From contig CM052816.1 in the NCBI GenBank assembly GCA_028534125.1, positions 12,030,001-12,094,000 on the forward strand: a stretch of 64,000 bases of DNA. Direction: 5' to 3'. This DNA comes from Lama glama (lineage: Eukaryota). The translations under genes were made by a program, and so were the position numbers. The notes beneath the pieces are model-generated. The model did no database searches. It was not told the origin of the DNA and saw only the letters and a list, made by a program, of their open reading frames with translations. Of this stretch, positions 13,311 to 26,399 are shown in pieces. How positions within the stretch are numbered: the first letter of the stretch is position 1; every line of letters begins with the position of its first letter.

Positions 13311-13509
13311 GTGTGTCCACAACAGCCACCAATTCCTTCCCATCACAATTCATACACACATAGACACCGACACTTACAGAACTGGCCAGAACAAGGGGGG
13401 CATTCAAACCTTGGCTGTAACGTTAACAAAGGAAACGAACAATTCAGCCTAATATTTGCTTTCCACCTGTGCATGAGCTACCGAACATTTAAGCAAGAGA
13501 CAAACAATT

Positions 13510-13790
13510 TTAAATGTGAATAGTTTTTTATCCATTAATTCTGCTTCTAGGCACTTACCTGAAGAAAGTAGAAGATGCACAAGAATACAAGTAGAAAGTT
13601 GCTCATTAGAGCATTATTGTAATAGGAAAGCAGGAGATTAAAACGCACATCCACAGAAGATTGATTAGGTAAATTATGGTGCATTTATGCAAGGTAGCAC
13701 TCTATAGCCTTTAAAAACCATAAAATTGTTCCACGTACATCAACAGTTCTATAACAATACATAGCAAAATAACACAAGTAACAAATTCTA
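13510..13790 (+). mobile_element. Old L1M 3' fragment
   Basis: attctgcttctaggcacttacctgaaga...taaattatggtgcatttat. Confidence 0.5.
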
Positions 13791-14019
13791 TACATTCATC
13801 AGTGCCACCATGGGCCACCGGCACTATGTGAAGCGTGTCCAGTGGAGCTGAGCCACATAGCAGCCCTGGCAACACCTAAATCAATACTGATGTTTTATCT
13901 CTGTCTATAGGTTACTCCTTTCATTTCTATTTAGTAGACAATGCATTAACAAATTCGGCGGAAGAATGTATTCAGATCTCTCTTATTTTACTTAATTAAT
14001 TGAAAAAGCTTCCACTTAC

Positions 14020-14215
14020 CTTGATTGCAGGAAATTCAGAATCTCCTTCAAAAGGCTCTTCGAGCCCATCGAATAATCCATGGAGTTGGGAGCATACGTG
14101 GCCCAGACGTGGGGATGTGTGGAAGAACGACGGCGAATTTGGCTCCACTCCCCGAGGGGAGCGCCCCATAGTACACTGCCTCCCCACGGAGTTGCTGACA
14201 GAAGCCAGACGAGCT
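14020..14215 (-). other. Candidate internal exon (196 nt)
   Basis: Acceptor actctgtctctcag| (AG at 14216-14217) and consensus donor caag|gtaagt (14014-14019). CpG-rich relative to its flanks; not a recognised repeat. Confidence 0.35.
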
Positions 14216-14417
14216 CTGAGAGACAGAGTTGGTCTTTGGCTCTGACTTGGCATCCTGTATAACCCCTTGTTATGGAAGCCTGGAACTGCACCATCCTTCC
14301 TCATGGGTTTTTTTTTTGTTTGTTTTTTGTTTTAAGTGATGGATAGCTTTTCTCTAACTTCTCAAAACCAAAATTGTCAAATTGCATGAACTATCCCTTA
14401 TTAGGGATATTACTCAC

Positions 14418-14520
14418 CAGTTCTTCTGAGGGAGCATTTCCTCAATGATTCCCGCTGCCGTTCTGTCCTTGTGAGGAAGGTTCTCTGAGGGATTTCAGGG
14501 CATGTCCACATGAGCCCTTC
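14418..14520 (-). other. Candidate internal exon (103 nt)
   Basis: Strong acceptor cctcccttccccgcctgcag| (AG at 14521-14522) with an upstream ctgat branch-like motif; donor ctg|gtgagta (14411-14417). Confidence 0.4.
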
Positions 14521-17500
14521 CTGCAGGCGGGGAAGGGAGGAACTTCATCAATCATCAGCGATTCTGGCATCACTCACACTAGCAAGCAAGCGGGCAAATC
14601 TCACAAGTGTAACTTGCGTATGCACTTATATAAAATCATTTCTCTTCATAGATAATGCATGTATATTATGCATATACATTTTTATATGACTTACATATGT
14701 CCTACATATAATCTATAACATCTACCCATGATATATAGGAAAAGAAAGATGTTGGAAAGGATGTTCCCAAAATCACACCCGTTGTTGTAATAGTGATGTT
14801 GTTTTGCTTATTTTTACTTACTTAAAAATAAAATGATGTGTTTATTTTACATACATATTTATTTACATAAAAATCTCTCCTCCTTGCATTTTCACATGCT
14901 AAATCTTGCCTTCATTTAGCATGGTGTGTAGGAGTAACTGAAGAGTGTATGGGTTCATACTGGAGTAAATCCATGTTTACGTTGGTTTTAAGTGCCCCAG
15001 GTGAAAAGTCTTAAGACAAATTATTAAGAGTTGTATGTTAGTGCTTGAAGTTGAAACAAATTGGGGATCTGAAAGGATCCGGGTGAAATGCAGCGGCTTC
15101 ATTCTGTAAGCAACTTTAATTATATTGCTCCGTCTCTTTCTCAGTAATAGCCATGTCTCTGCGCACCTGCCACCATCCTAGTCCTCTCCCTCCGTCCTTT
15201 ACAGTGGACTGTTAGTGGTCAGTTGTGGTGACATCACATTATGCTTATGGGAATGATACCACTTGCTCACGAGGCCACAGTGTGCTCTGATCATACAGGT
15301 ATTTGGAAACCTACAGATGATGTCCTGGGAAGCACACAGCCCCAGAAAAGTGGAATTCAGGCAAGGTGTGGGTTAGAAACTCTTGCGGACAAGGATCTAT
15401 TACTGTTCCACTGTTTCCCACAAAACTTGGCCGTGCATGCACATAGCAGGCCCTCAGTGAGTATTTGTCAAACTGAACTGATCTGAATTACTTTATTATT
15501 TAGAAATCAATCTGCTTCTTTCGGGGATTGCAATATCTCATTGTTTTCCCTCCCCAAGCAAATTTGCAAACTATCTAAAAAAAATGCTATTTCCTAGAAT
15601 ATTTGGTACTGTTTAGTAGAACTCAAACAACACAGATGAAAGGTTTCCTCTTGGCTCTAGTTTTTTTTGAGAAAAAAAGGAATTCTTTCTTAGTAAGCGG
15701 TCTACCTTGAGCTATAAAAGAATAAGAGTGCTTTTGTGGGGAAGTCTCCAGTGAGACGGAAAGATGTTCAGATGACTGTGTAAACAGCTTCCACGTGACA
15801 GCCTTCCCCATGTGGGAGAGCTGCCTTCAAAGCACGTTATTGTGTTACCAACACCTCCCAGAAGCAATGGGGCTGAGGCAGGGCTCACAGATTTCAAACT
15901 CCTCTGGTTTGAACATAATGGAAGATCCCTGGGTAAACTGGCTTCTGACTGAAGGCTTGGGGGATACCTGAGTCCTGGCTGAGGCAGACAGAGCTGATCT
16001 TCAGAGCTCCTCCACGTATTTGCTGACGTTTCAATTCAGCTTAATGTGCACTATGACAAAATGTCCCCTCCAACCATCCCTCTGCTGTGAGCTGCTGCTG
16101 ACTCGAGTCCCCACTGATCTAAGATTTTTTAAAAATTAAAAAGATTTACTTCCTAATACACAGGTATATTTTTGTTGTCAAAATTTAGAAAACTGTGCAA
16201 TTAAAAAGAACAAAAATAAAGAGTACCTATAATTTGATCAAATACACACACATCTGTATACAGCTGCAGGGTAGAATTTTATGTATTATGATATAGTTAA
16301 CATACACAAATATATAGCATATGTATACACATATATACATCTTCAGTATTATCTTAGTATCTGGGAAAGTATACTATAACTGATTTGTCTCATCTCCTTT
16401 TTTAACTGATACTTAGTTTGCTTTCAGTTTAATCAGGGAGGAATCTTAACTAAAGGAATTTGGAGGTGGCCAGATATTTGGAGTGTTGAGGGAAGGTATT
16501 ACCTAAAAGTATTTAAATCTCATTCATTCTTGGAAGCACCAGTTCTTTTCAAGCACTACCCTTTATTCCCAAATAATTAATTACATTTAGCAAAAGATTC
16601 AAGAAGATTCCACAAGGATATTCTCCACTTCTCAGAACCTTATTTTGAAAGATACAAATATTTTAATGTCTATGTGTCTAAAATTTTTAAAAATAAAACA
16701 CACACCATGAAACAAACACAAACACTATTTGGGATCAGGAGTCCCATTCAGATCATTGGTTTGGATACATTTCTCCTCCTCTAATGGGAAAAACTCCCTG
16801 ATTTGTAAAATAAAGAAAGCACCACAGGGGAATTTCTAACTCTAAAATTTGAGGTTCCATTAATGCAAGATATAAAAATCTCTAAAAATTCCAATAGGTA
16901 TTTCTTTAAAAAAAAATTCTTGGAAAAGCCACTACAGTTGTATTTGGAAATCAAAATACATGGTTGAATCAATTCTTCTCACAAAACTGGGAAGATACTA
17001 ATAAATTTGATTTTTTTTAGAAAGGTGTAAGTCGGGAAGGGAATATACAAAAGTGAGATTTTGACAAGGCTTTATCATTTTCTAAATCTCTGTGCACACT
17101 GTGTGATCAAAAGCACCTCCTTTGCTTTTTTCTGCTTCTGATTCAGGATGTTACTGTTACTGGATGTGACTTTTGCAGTTGTCAGTTGTGTGGTCTATGT
17201 TCTCACATTTTGAATTCTGTGAAAGAGTGTTCCATCCGAATAAGAACAATTCAAGAAAAGCCAGAGCACATTCTCTGATTTCTCTCTAAAGAGACCTATA
17301 GTTTTGTATTCAAATAGATCAGATGGCACAGATACATTGATGACACTACCTATGGACTTTCTTTTAAAGATGACTGTAAGTAGATGTAAGTAAATGCCAA
17401 AATGGCAGGTTCAGACAGAGATACGAAATGGCTCTGCACAGTGGAAAGGCAGCTTTGACATACTGGAAATATGTTTGATATCCAAAGGCCTGGATTCAAT

Positions 17501-17659
17501 TTTGGGGTCTCTGAATTCCTAGTTAAAGGATCTGGGGCTAGTCCTTTAACTCTCTTACATGTATTACAGCACTTCCCTTTTAAGTGTGGAGGTAAGAAAG
17601 AATCGGATAAAATAATGAATGGAAATAAAAACAACATACCAGAATTTGTGGATTTAAGT

Positions 17660-18130
17660 TAAATCAGGAATTATTAGAAAAAAGATATAAAGTTAATGAT
17701 CAAAGCATGTTTCTTAAAATATAGTAAAAGACAGGAAAATTGAATACAAAATAATAGAAGAAAGGAAAAGAATGAGAGCAAAAATCAATGAAATAGAAAA
17801 CTGATAAAATAGAGATTATAAGAAACTAAAGCTGATTCTTTAAAAGGATTAATATGGTTGATAAACCTTTAGCTGGACTGATCAAGCAAAAAGAAAAAAA
17901 ACACAAATTAACCATATCAGCAAATAAATAAGGGACATTATTTAAATTCCCCAGTCATTAAAAATTGACAAGAGAATATTATATATAATTTTATGGCAAT
18001 AACTTTGTCAATTTAAAAAAATACACAAAGCCATGGGCTTTCAAATTGGCAATATTGACATGAAAGAATTAGAGAATATGGATAGTCCTATGTATGGTTT
18101 TAAAAACACTGAATTTATAATGAAAATGCT
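17660..18130 (+). mobile_element. Old L1 ORF2 fragment (post-endonuclease region)
   Basis: aaaatcaatgaaatagaaaac...gataaacctttagctggactgatcaag, decayed KIDKPLARL-type region. Confidence 0.8.
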
Positions 18131-19210
18131 TGCTTGAATTATCTTGGCATACTTGTTGAAAACTAACTGACCATAACTGCCTTGGTTTATTTCTGGATTT
18201 TCAATTATATTCCAGGGAACCATTTGTCTATCCTTATGCCAGGACCATGTTTGGCTACTGTTGCTTTGTAGTCAGTTTTGAAATTCAAAAACGTGAATCC
18301 TCCTACTTTGTTCTTCTTTTTAAAATTATTTTGGTAATCTAAAGCCCTTTTTAATTTCATATAAATCTTAGAGTCAGCTTTTACGTTTCTGTAAAAATGG
18401 CTGTGGGAACTGTAATAGGGATAACATTGATTTGCAGATCATTTAGTGTAGTATTGATTATCTTAACAGTACTAAATTTTCCTACCTGTGAATGTGGAAT
18501 GCCTTTCTATGTATTTACATCTTAAATTTCTTTCATCAACAGTTTGTGTGAAATACGTGTGTGTGTGTGTGTGTGTATCTCCTGTAGAATATTTCATATA
18601 TACTTGAGAAGAAAGCATATTCTACTGCTATTATTTGACAGTATTTATTGGCTTTCTGTCTATATATGCAATTTTGATTTTCTTTAGTGATTTCTTTAAG
18701 GATTACTATATATTTAAACTTCCAGAGTAGAGAGTTAATATTGAATTACTTCATATAAAACAAATAAATCTTGCATCTATACAGTTTCCTTTATGCCCCT
18801 CAGCAGTGAAATTTATGCTCCCATTGTCATACTTATTATAATGACATATGTTGAAAATTACAAAAGACAATGGTATAGTTTCTGCTTTAAACAGTTAAGT
18901 ATTTAAGAGGAAAATTTTTCTTTTACATTTACTCATTTTTCAGGTATTACCGTCCCTGTTGTTTCTGTATTTATAAAAATCCAAGTTTTCACCTTCATAT
19001 TTTCCCTTTAGCACAAAGAACTTACGTCAGCATGTCTCGTACAGTAGTTCTGTTAACAACACCCTTCATAATCGTCTGAGAATCTGAGGGCATCTTTCTT
19101 TTGCCTTCGTTCCTGAGGACTGTGCCTGCCAGATACAGAGTTCTGTATTGGTAGCTCTTGTACTTGAGTACTGCCAGGATGTTTTCCACTATTTTCTGGT
19201 CTCTGTGATA
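18130..19210 (-). mobile_element. Old L1 antisense fragments (ORF2 mid, EN piece, ORF1/inter-ORF) with (TG)n at 18558-18576
   Basis: ORF 18041-18223(-) WNIIENPEINQGSYGQLVFNKYAK matches L1 ORF2 WNRIENPEI..YGQLIFDK; further antisense L1 motifs to ~19210. Confidence 0.75.
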
Positions 19211-19239
19211 TCTGTTCAAAGACATCATTAAAAACAATG

Positions 19240-20270
19240 AATAAGCAAGGTACATACTGAGAAAATATTCACAGTACTGATTTCTCAAAATTGACTACAT
19301 TCAGGTTGTATAAAGAACTTTAAAAACTCAATGTAAATACAAATAAGTCAGCAAAGTTTGGTTAAAAGTCTTGAGCACACTCTTTACAAAGGAATATTAC
19401 AAATACCCAATAAGCACGTAAAGAATGTCCAACATCATTAGTCAGTAATGAAATGCAAATTAAAACCACACTGAGATTCCACTTCACACACCACTGCATT
19501 GCCAAGACTGACAAAACAAAGTATCGACAAAGGTGTGGAACATGAGAACTCTTACAGTTTGCCGACGAAAGTATAAAGTGGTACACCTACTTTGGAAAAC
19601 TGTTAGTTTCTTTTAAAGGTACTTGTGTTGTTTATTTTCTGAGGGGAAGGTGATTAGGTTTCTTCACTGATTTCTGCTTGGAGAAGGTACTGGGGATGGA
19701 ACCCGGGACCTCTTGGGTGCTGAGCATGTGCTCTACCACTTGAGCTATACCCTTCCCCCTCTTTTAAAGTTAAATACACAGCTGCCCAATGACTCTTCAG
19801 CTTCACTGATAAGTATTTACCCTAGAGAAATAAAAACATATGCCCACATATAGATCAAGATGAGTTTTCATAGTAGTTTTTGTGACAAAAGCCCCAAATG
19901 AGAAACCCACTAAAAGCTCATCAGCAAGATAATGATTAGACAAGTTACGGTATATTAATAAATCGGAAACTATTCAGCTGATGATACACACGTTAACAAT
20001 ATTATAAAAAATACACTGCTAAGCATTCTTTGGCTCAAATAAAAAGGCATATATTGTCCATGATGCTGTCTGTATAAAGTTCCAGATCAAGCTAAACTAT
20101 GGTGGTACACATATGGTGATAAGACATTAAAAGCTTTGTGGCCTCTGGGGAGGCTGAGGAAAGGGAGGAAACTTGTCATTGGTGTGGATTACATAGCTGT
20201 CTGTATTTGTCAGAATTAACTGACTGTATATTTTAGAACTGTACATGTTAAATTATACCTCAATTTTTAA
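19240..20270 (+). mobile_element. Old L1M ORF2 C-terminus and 3'UTR
   Basis: gaaatgcaaattaaaaccacactgagattccacttcacac (EMQIKTT..YH) and L1M 3' end aaattatacctcaat. Confidence 0.8.
19619..19759 (-). mobile_element. tRNA-derived SINE, Vic-1-like, inserted in old L1
   Basis: Same family as 189-317 (ctctaccacttgagctataccct). 10-bp TSD tcttttaaag at 19609-19618 and 19760-19769. Confidence 0.85.
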
Positions 20271-20889
20271 AAAACAGTAAGGACATGAAAAAAGTGGTCA
20301 GAGACTATGCAAGAAAGTTTTAAAAGTTGATGAGCTTTAATTTAACAGTATCTGAGGTCGGTTTGAAAGAAGACATTCTGAAAATAAAATGCTCACTTGA
20401 AAATTCAAAATGTCTACCTGAGATAGTTACTCCAGAGAAGTCACACTGAACTTGGCTCCTAGAGCTATGGTGTGTCCAAGTTCCCTTGACAAACTCTAAT
20501 CCAAGCAGTCATCACTTTACTTGCAAAAGCACCACAGTATCTGCTGGAAGAGAGCCTCTAGTTTTGGATTTGCAGGTACAGAAAAAGTAGAAACTTATAA
20601 AACAAAGTGATTTCTCTCCAGGCTGCTAAGCTTTCCACTGATGCAAATCCTTTAAAATGCTGCCCAGCAAGTTCAGAGTATGGATATAGAAGAAATATAT
20701 CCATGTCTTGTAATTTGGGCTCCAAACTGATTGATCAATACCTGTCTACCTACTACACACACATGTTCCTATTTTATCAAAATCAGACATGTTCAAAGAG
20801 AATGAGGGGGAGAGCGATTAATAACAGTAACATATAAACAGGCTATTGTATACATTATCTCAATTAACAGCCTTTCTATTTTCTTCCAA

Positions 20890-22262
20890 TGTCCTATTTT
20901 CTAGTCAGTTTCAACCCATCTGCCCTAGCCACACCATGAGAATGGCTCTCACAAAGGTCACCGATGGTATTCAGTTGGCTATATCCAGTGTGTACTTCTC
21001 AGTCTCTAGTGATGATAGCCTCTTTCTTAAAGTACCCTAGTGTTTCATAATTCCCATCTCCATTTCGGGATGCTTTTTAAAACTTTTGGGGGGGCTCATC
21101 TGACTCTACCTAGCCATTAAAATTTGGCATTATTCAAGCCTAGGCCCTACATTCTGTGTTCTTCTCACTCTATAACCTCTTTATGAGAAACGTCAATCAT
21201 CTACACCTTGATGCCTCTCAAGTTCATATTTCCTTCTAGATCTTTTTTCCTGAAGGCCAGACCTACATACCCAACTCCCTACTGAAATTTCAATTTGGAT
21301 GTTTCACAGACGCCCCATTCTCAATACATCAACAATGGAGGTCATGATCTTTGTGCTGTAAATACCTCTTCTCCCTATCTTAATGTCATACCTACCTCAA
21401 TTATCCAAGACTCTCCTCTCTCGCTGCACTGTCCACGTGCCTCATAAACCCCTCTGACGTCAATGGTTCAAGGACTACTGCAAATCATCTAACTGGTCAC
21501 CAATCCTTTCTCTACATGGCAACAAGAGTGATCTCTCAAAGCAAATCTGATCTTATCACTCTCATGCCTGAAATGTTTCCCCTCCTTTTGTCTCCTCATC
21601 CCATATTCAACTTAATTTATTCTTAATTTGTACTTAATAACCCTTTAAAACTTAAATAAAAGGCAAAAAAAAAATCCTTTCCTGACCATCCAATCTGGGT
21701 CTTTTCCTTATAGTCACCTTCAGGAGACTCCACTCCCTCCTCAAACTTCTTACCGCAATAGCTGTGGAATAATTTTTAAATTACTTTTTTGATGTCCCTC
21801 TACAACTAGAATGCCAGTTTGATGAAGAGAATAATCATGTCTGTTCACTCTTTTGTTCTGTTTACAGCTCTTAGCCCAGTACTTGGCACATGGCACATAC
21901 CAGTACATGTTATTAAGTTACTCCACTGTTCCCAACAATCAGCCTCCTCCTCTATTTCTGCCCTGGTGCCCTTCACTTAGCCAGTCCTTCTGGTTTTTTA
22001 AGGCTTATTTCAGACAGCACTCATTCAGAAAACCACCCCTGTTGTCCCCAGACACCCCATCTCTGGGCTCCTATGTCTCCCTGCATATTCCTATTTTATA
22101 CATATTATCATACTATCATGTAATTTTGTTTTTTCTGAGTATCCATATTCCTCAGCTATGAATTTTTTGAGAAGAATTGTGTCTTTCATGTACATATACC
22201 CAAGAATTAGCCATAGTGATGACTCAATCAATATTCAGTGAATAAATGAGTTAGTAAATTGA
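20890..22262 (+). mobile_element. L2 fragments
   Basis: ggctctcacaaaggtcaccgatg, ccagacctacatacccaactccctactg, cagtacttggcacatgg, gaataaatga: L2 3' region. Confidence 0.7.
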
Positions 22263-22370
22263 AGTGATATTCCATTTTACAGGTAAAGAAATCAAGGCTC
22301 AAAGAAGATAGATGAGGTTTTAGAATATCTGCTGTTAGAATCCAGCATCTTTTCACTTTTCACTCTACCT
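22262..22370 (-). mobile_element. MIR fragment
   Basis: ccattttacaggtaaagaaatcaaggctcaaaga. Confidence 0.55.
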
Positions 22371-23104
22371 CATTCATCTCCTCGGCTCTAAGCAGCAAAA
22401 TCCTAGGGAACTCCCAAGGCTCCTCGCTCACAGAACCTTCCTTGTTCAACATCCTCGTAGATGGTCACAGGCAATAAATGACCAGATTCAAGTTTTACTT
22501 ATTTTCTTTCACCTTTTCCCATTTAGGGTAGAAATTCTAATACTATTTTTAGGACTAAAAGTGGGATGAAAAAGAAGAGTAAAAAATAGTCTTGCATAAT
22601 TTGCTGATGGAGAAAACAACCTCTGCATAATTGAGAACAGGCTGGGTTTTTAACATGCCTCAAATCTGCACAAATCAGGAGGCATTTGCACTTGCATGAG
22701 TAAAAATGTCAGGAAATGATTCTGAAAGGCCCTGTTTGAGGGTGAAATGTTTCTGCATCTGAAATCCATTTTACTGAGCAAACTCCAGTAGTCATAAAGG
22801 CTAAGAGGTTTTCATTTCCATAATTTTATCAATCTTTTTTCAGGAAGAAGTAGAAAAATCCAAGCTCATACATTTAGACCTTCACAGTTCAGCAAGAAAT
22901 ATATTTTAAATGATAGTTCTGACTGCCTTACCAAAAAAAAAAAAATTGACAACAACACATAAGGCGTCTCATGAAGCTTTGTCCAGACTCTTGGCTGGAT
23001 AATTCCAATACCTTTGGGATTATGTCGTGTTGTACAGCATTTCTAACTTTGTAGTAAGCTCCTTTTGCTTTCTGAATTACTGAAAATAGCAAAAGATCCA
23101 GGTC

Positions 23105-24175
23105 ACTCATTGAATTCATTCAGCAAAGCTTTACTGAGCTAACTTCTAGATGGTAAGGAATTTTCTAGAAATTAGGTAAATGGCAATGAACAAACCATAC
23201 AAGCCTTTGCCTGAATGGAGTCAACATTCTGGTGGAGGAAGATGGATAATAAATAAATAATTAAGAAATAAAGAATATCCACTTTTTATAAGTAGAGGAA
23301 CGTCAGACACAGAACTGTGGTAGAAAGAGAGGAAACTGAGTTACATTTTTAAGTGAAATGACCAGAAAAGGCTTCACTGAGCTATTACCGTTTGAGCTGA
23401 GATCTGAAGGAAGTCAAGTACTGAAAAGTACATCCCATGAAATACCTGGTGTGCAAACTGGGGGACGCTTTACAAAGTAACTGGCAGTACTTTCAGAATC
23501 TCACGATCTTGAAAGACATGAAAAGACTGAGGAGCTGTCACAGACTGGAAGAGAAAAGGAGACATGTTTACTAAACTCTCTCTGATAACCTGGATTGGAT
23601 CCTGGAATACGAAACAAGGACTTAGTGAGCAAACTGGTAAAGTTCAAATAAAGTCTGTAGCTGAGTTACAGTATTGCACCCATATTAATTTCTTAGTTTT
23701 GATAATTGTACCAGGGTTATGTAAGATATTGATATTAAGGGAAGCTGAATGAAGAGCATGTGGGAACTCTATGTTATTTCTGCAAATCTTCTCTAAGTCC
23801 ATAATTATCTTACAATAAGAAGTAAAATTAAGTGCACATACTATGGCTAGAGCTTTCTGAGAGGGAATAGCTTGGTTTAAAGACTTCTAGCCTGTTAGAC
23901 AAGGATCAAAGGCACAGTGTGGCTGAACTGAGGGAGCAGCAGGGGACCGCACAACACGTAATGTGGGCAGGAGTGTGCAGCGCTCTTCAGGCTGTTATAA
24001 GGGCTTTCGCTTTTACTCTAAGTTACATGGAAGCTATCAGAACTTTCTGAGCAAAGAAGTATCATCTGACTGAGATTTTGAGAGAGTCATTCTGGCTTCT
24101 GTGTGGATGGGCTAATGCAGCAAGTCAGGGGAGAAATGATGGTGATGTGGACCAGGGTGTAGCAGTGGACGTGAA
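23105..24175 (-). mobile_element. L2 (antisense), interrupted by an L1MC 3' end
   Basis: attcattcagcaaagctttactgagc...; resumes with gagagtcattctggcttctgtgtgga...gatggtg. Confidence 0.65.
23440..23830 (+). mobile_element. L1MC4-like 3' end
   Basis: ctggattggatcctgga...attaatttcttagttttgataattgtacc...gggaactctatgttatttctgcaa. Confidence 0.75.
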
Positions 24176-26399
24176 TTCATGCACCGATTATCAATTCTGT
24201 CTGTTGACTTGCAAGTAGAACAAACAGTTCTCAGTAAAAGTTTACCATTTGTGAGAAACTTAAGATCAACTGAAGCATTAGGTTTTTAACTCAGGAGATC
24301 CTGCAATTCAGCAAAAATTACACTAGCTGGCAGTGGGATGTTGGAGTGTGCGCCCTGGGAAGTCTCAAAGGGATGACTCCTTCCTTGGGGAGTCACTTAG
24401 AACCCAGTGGATGTTCAGTCCCTCGGTTTGGGCCCCAAAAGGACTCTGCCACCTTGTTTCACTGTAGTCCACGGCGTCACCAGTGGTAGGACATGAGCCA
24501 GCATCCTTAACAAAAGAAACCCTTCTCCAGCAACAAATGTGGCACCGTTTGTGACAGCATCCAAAAGATGAACAGAGGATCCACTTGACTGAAAGAACCA
24601 ATGCGATTTTCCTGATTACTTTGTCCACTTATGGGGACAGAGAAGAAAACAGAAGAACTAGGGAAGGAAGCCCAGAAGCAGAGACTGAGTCCACTGAGAA
24701 TCGACTTTTGGAGAAAGTTAGGGCCAATCCCAAGTCAAAATTATTCCCTTTTATCTGACATATACAGACGCCTCACTCACAACAATGCATTTAAATACCC
24801 CAGAAACATTTATCACCTTCATTAGAAACCTACAGATAAAGGAAAGAGGGTCAGTACCCATTCGAACTATCACTGGTGGAAGCTGAATCTAAGATGCCTT
24901 CAGTTTGAGCCCGAGGTAACCGGAATCCCATGACCTCCCTGAGCATTCTGGATGACTGAAGCTCTGCTGCAGCCAATGGGGAGCATGACGGTTGGGGCTG
25001 TTCCTCTAATGTGACTCCTTTTTCAGCCCTTCAAATGCAATTTTATAAAGATAGTAAGAGATTGTTTATGTAACGTGCTTAATCCAGGACTGAATTCAAC
25101 TAGGTCATTATTATTTTTGTTTTTCTCAAAATCTTCCATTACCACAAGTTTCCAATCACTCTCACAATATCTAACAAAGTCAGCATCCATATAAAGAGCC
25201 AAGATGACTACCCCCCAAATAATCTAGAATGTCATGGGCAGTGAGCTTGTCAAGACTAAACACATTTTGTATTTAAGTTGTTTCTCTTAAATATGTTAGT
25301 ATTTTGCTGCCATTTAGGCATGAGCACAGCCAATACATAAAAAATAAAATAAAATTGCAGAATGGCAAAATTTCACAACTCTATAAATGTACATTCCATG
25401 ATAAATTTCAGTGGGAAGGTACTTGTAGCCTAAAGACACCATTTTAAGCAATAAAGAGCCACTGGAATCAGACAGTTGCCAGAAGCCACTGGGAGTTCAG
25501 TAACTTCTTGCTAACCATTACAACACTTCTATGCTTCTTATTTACCATTAGAGTTTCCTAAGTATATTTTCCTACCCATATCCTTGTGTATAATTTTAAT
25601 TTGGGCCATTAAACCACTGGGCCAAAGGGTGAATCTTAAATATTACCCTTAAAACACCCTGCCCCATCTTTTCACAATTAATTTCTCATTGCTGCCTGGG
25701 GTTCATTTGGGCTTTTACCTGGAATTAGACCATTAGAATACCAGGACTTCGGCGGTCCTAATAACAACCAGGTGTTAGTCTTGTGTAGCCGCCTCTTTAC
25801 AGAAGTCTGATATACTTGATCTTTCAGAATCGATCTTTTTGTTGCTTCTTCTGCTCAAAATGTCTCCTACAAAATGGGCTGTTTGCCTGGGCAGCCCTCA
25901 TGTACAGCCTCTCAGCAATACGTCACTGCTGCCTCTCTTGACAGTCCTGTCCTGTACTGTGTCTTGATGAGTTGATGACCAAGGCATTTTCTTGGACAAC
26001 TGGAGTGGAAAAGGGGCAAGAGACCCAGATCCGTGTGCTAGACTGAGCTGATATTAACTAATGTAATCTGCCGACTTTACCTGTTTGCCACCTAGAGATC
26101 TAGGTAGTGTTTCTGAAGGAAGACCTACCCTTTCAAAATTTCAAAAATAAAGCCTAAAAGCCATTGGAATTTCTTGTACTTCACCAAAATCTAATCCAAC
26201 TTGAGAAGAATTTTTTAATCTACTTCAAATTAAAAGAAAATGACACAAAATGTATGTTAATATTATTTAGAACCATAATAATATTTCATATATACAAAAC
26301 AACTTTCTTATCTAAATAAATGGCAACCAATTTCCAACTGTAATTTTTCCCCTTACTTCTCATTACTCCTACAAACAGCTCTGATTCTGCTCACAACAA

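Noticed and set aside
17011..17032. Possible plus-strand microexon ttttttttag|aaaggt|gtaagt (similar at 10861-10880)
   Set aside because: Such short motifs arise by chance in 64 kb, and there is no plus-strand gene context.
22590..22700. Two TGCATAAT (POU-like) motifs in unique sequence
   Set aside because: Two copies in AT-rich DNA are not enough to call a regulatory element.
26086..26105. CTCF-like motif and short palindrome (tgccacctagagatctaggt)
   Set aside because: Partial match only; unsupported without ChIP or conservation data.
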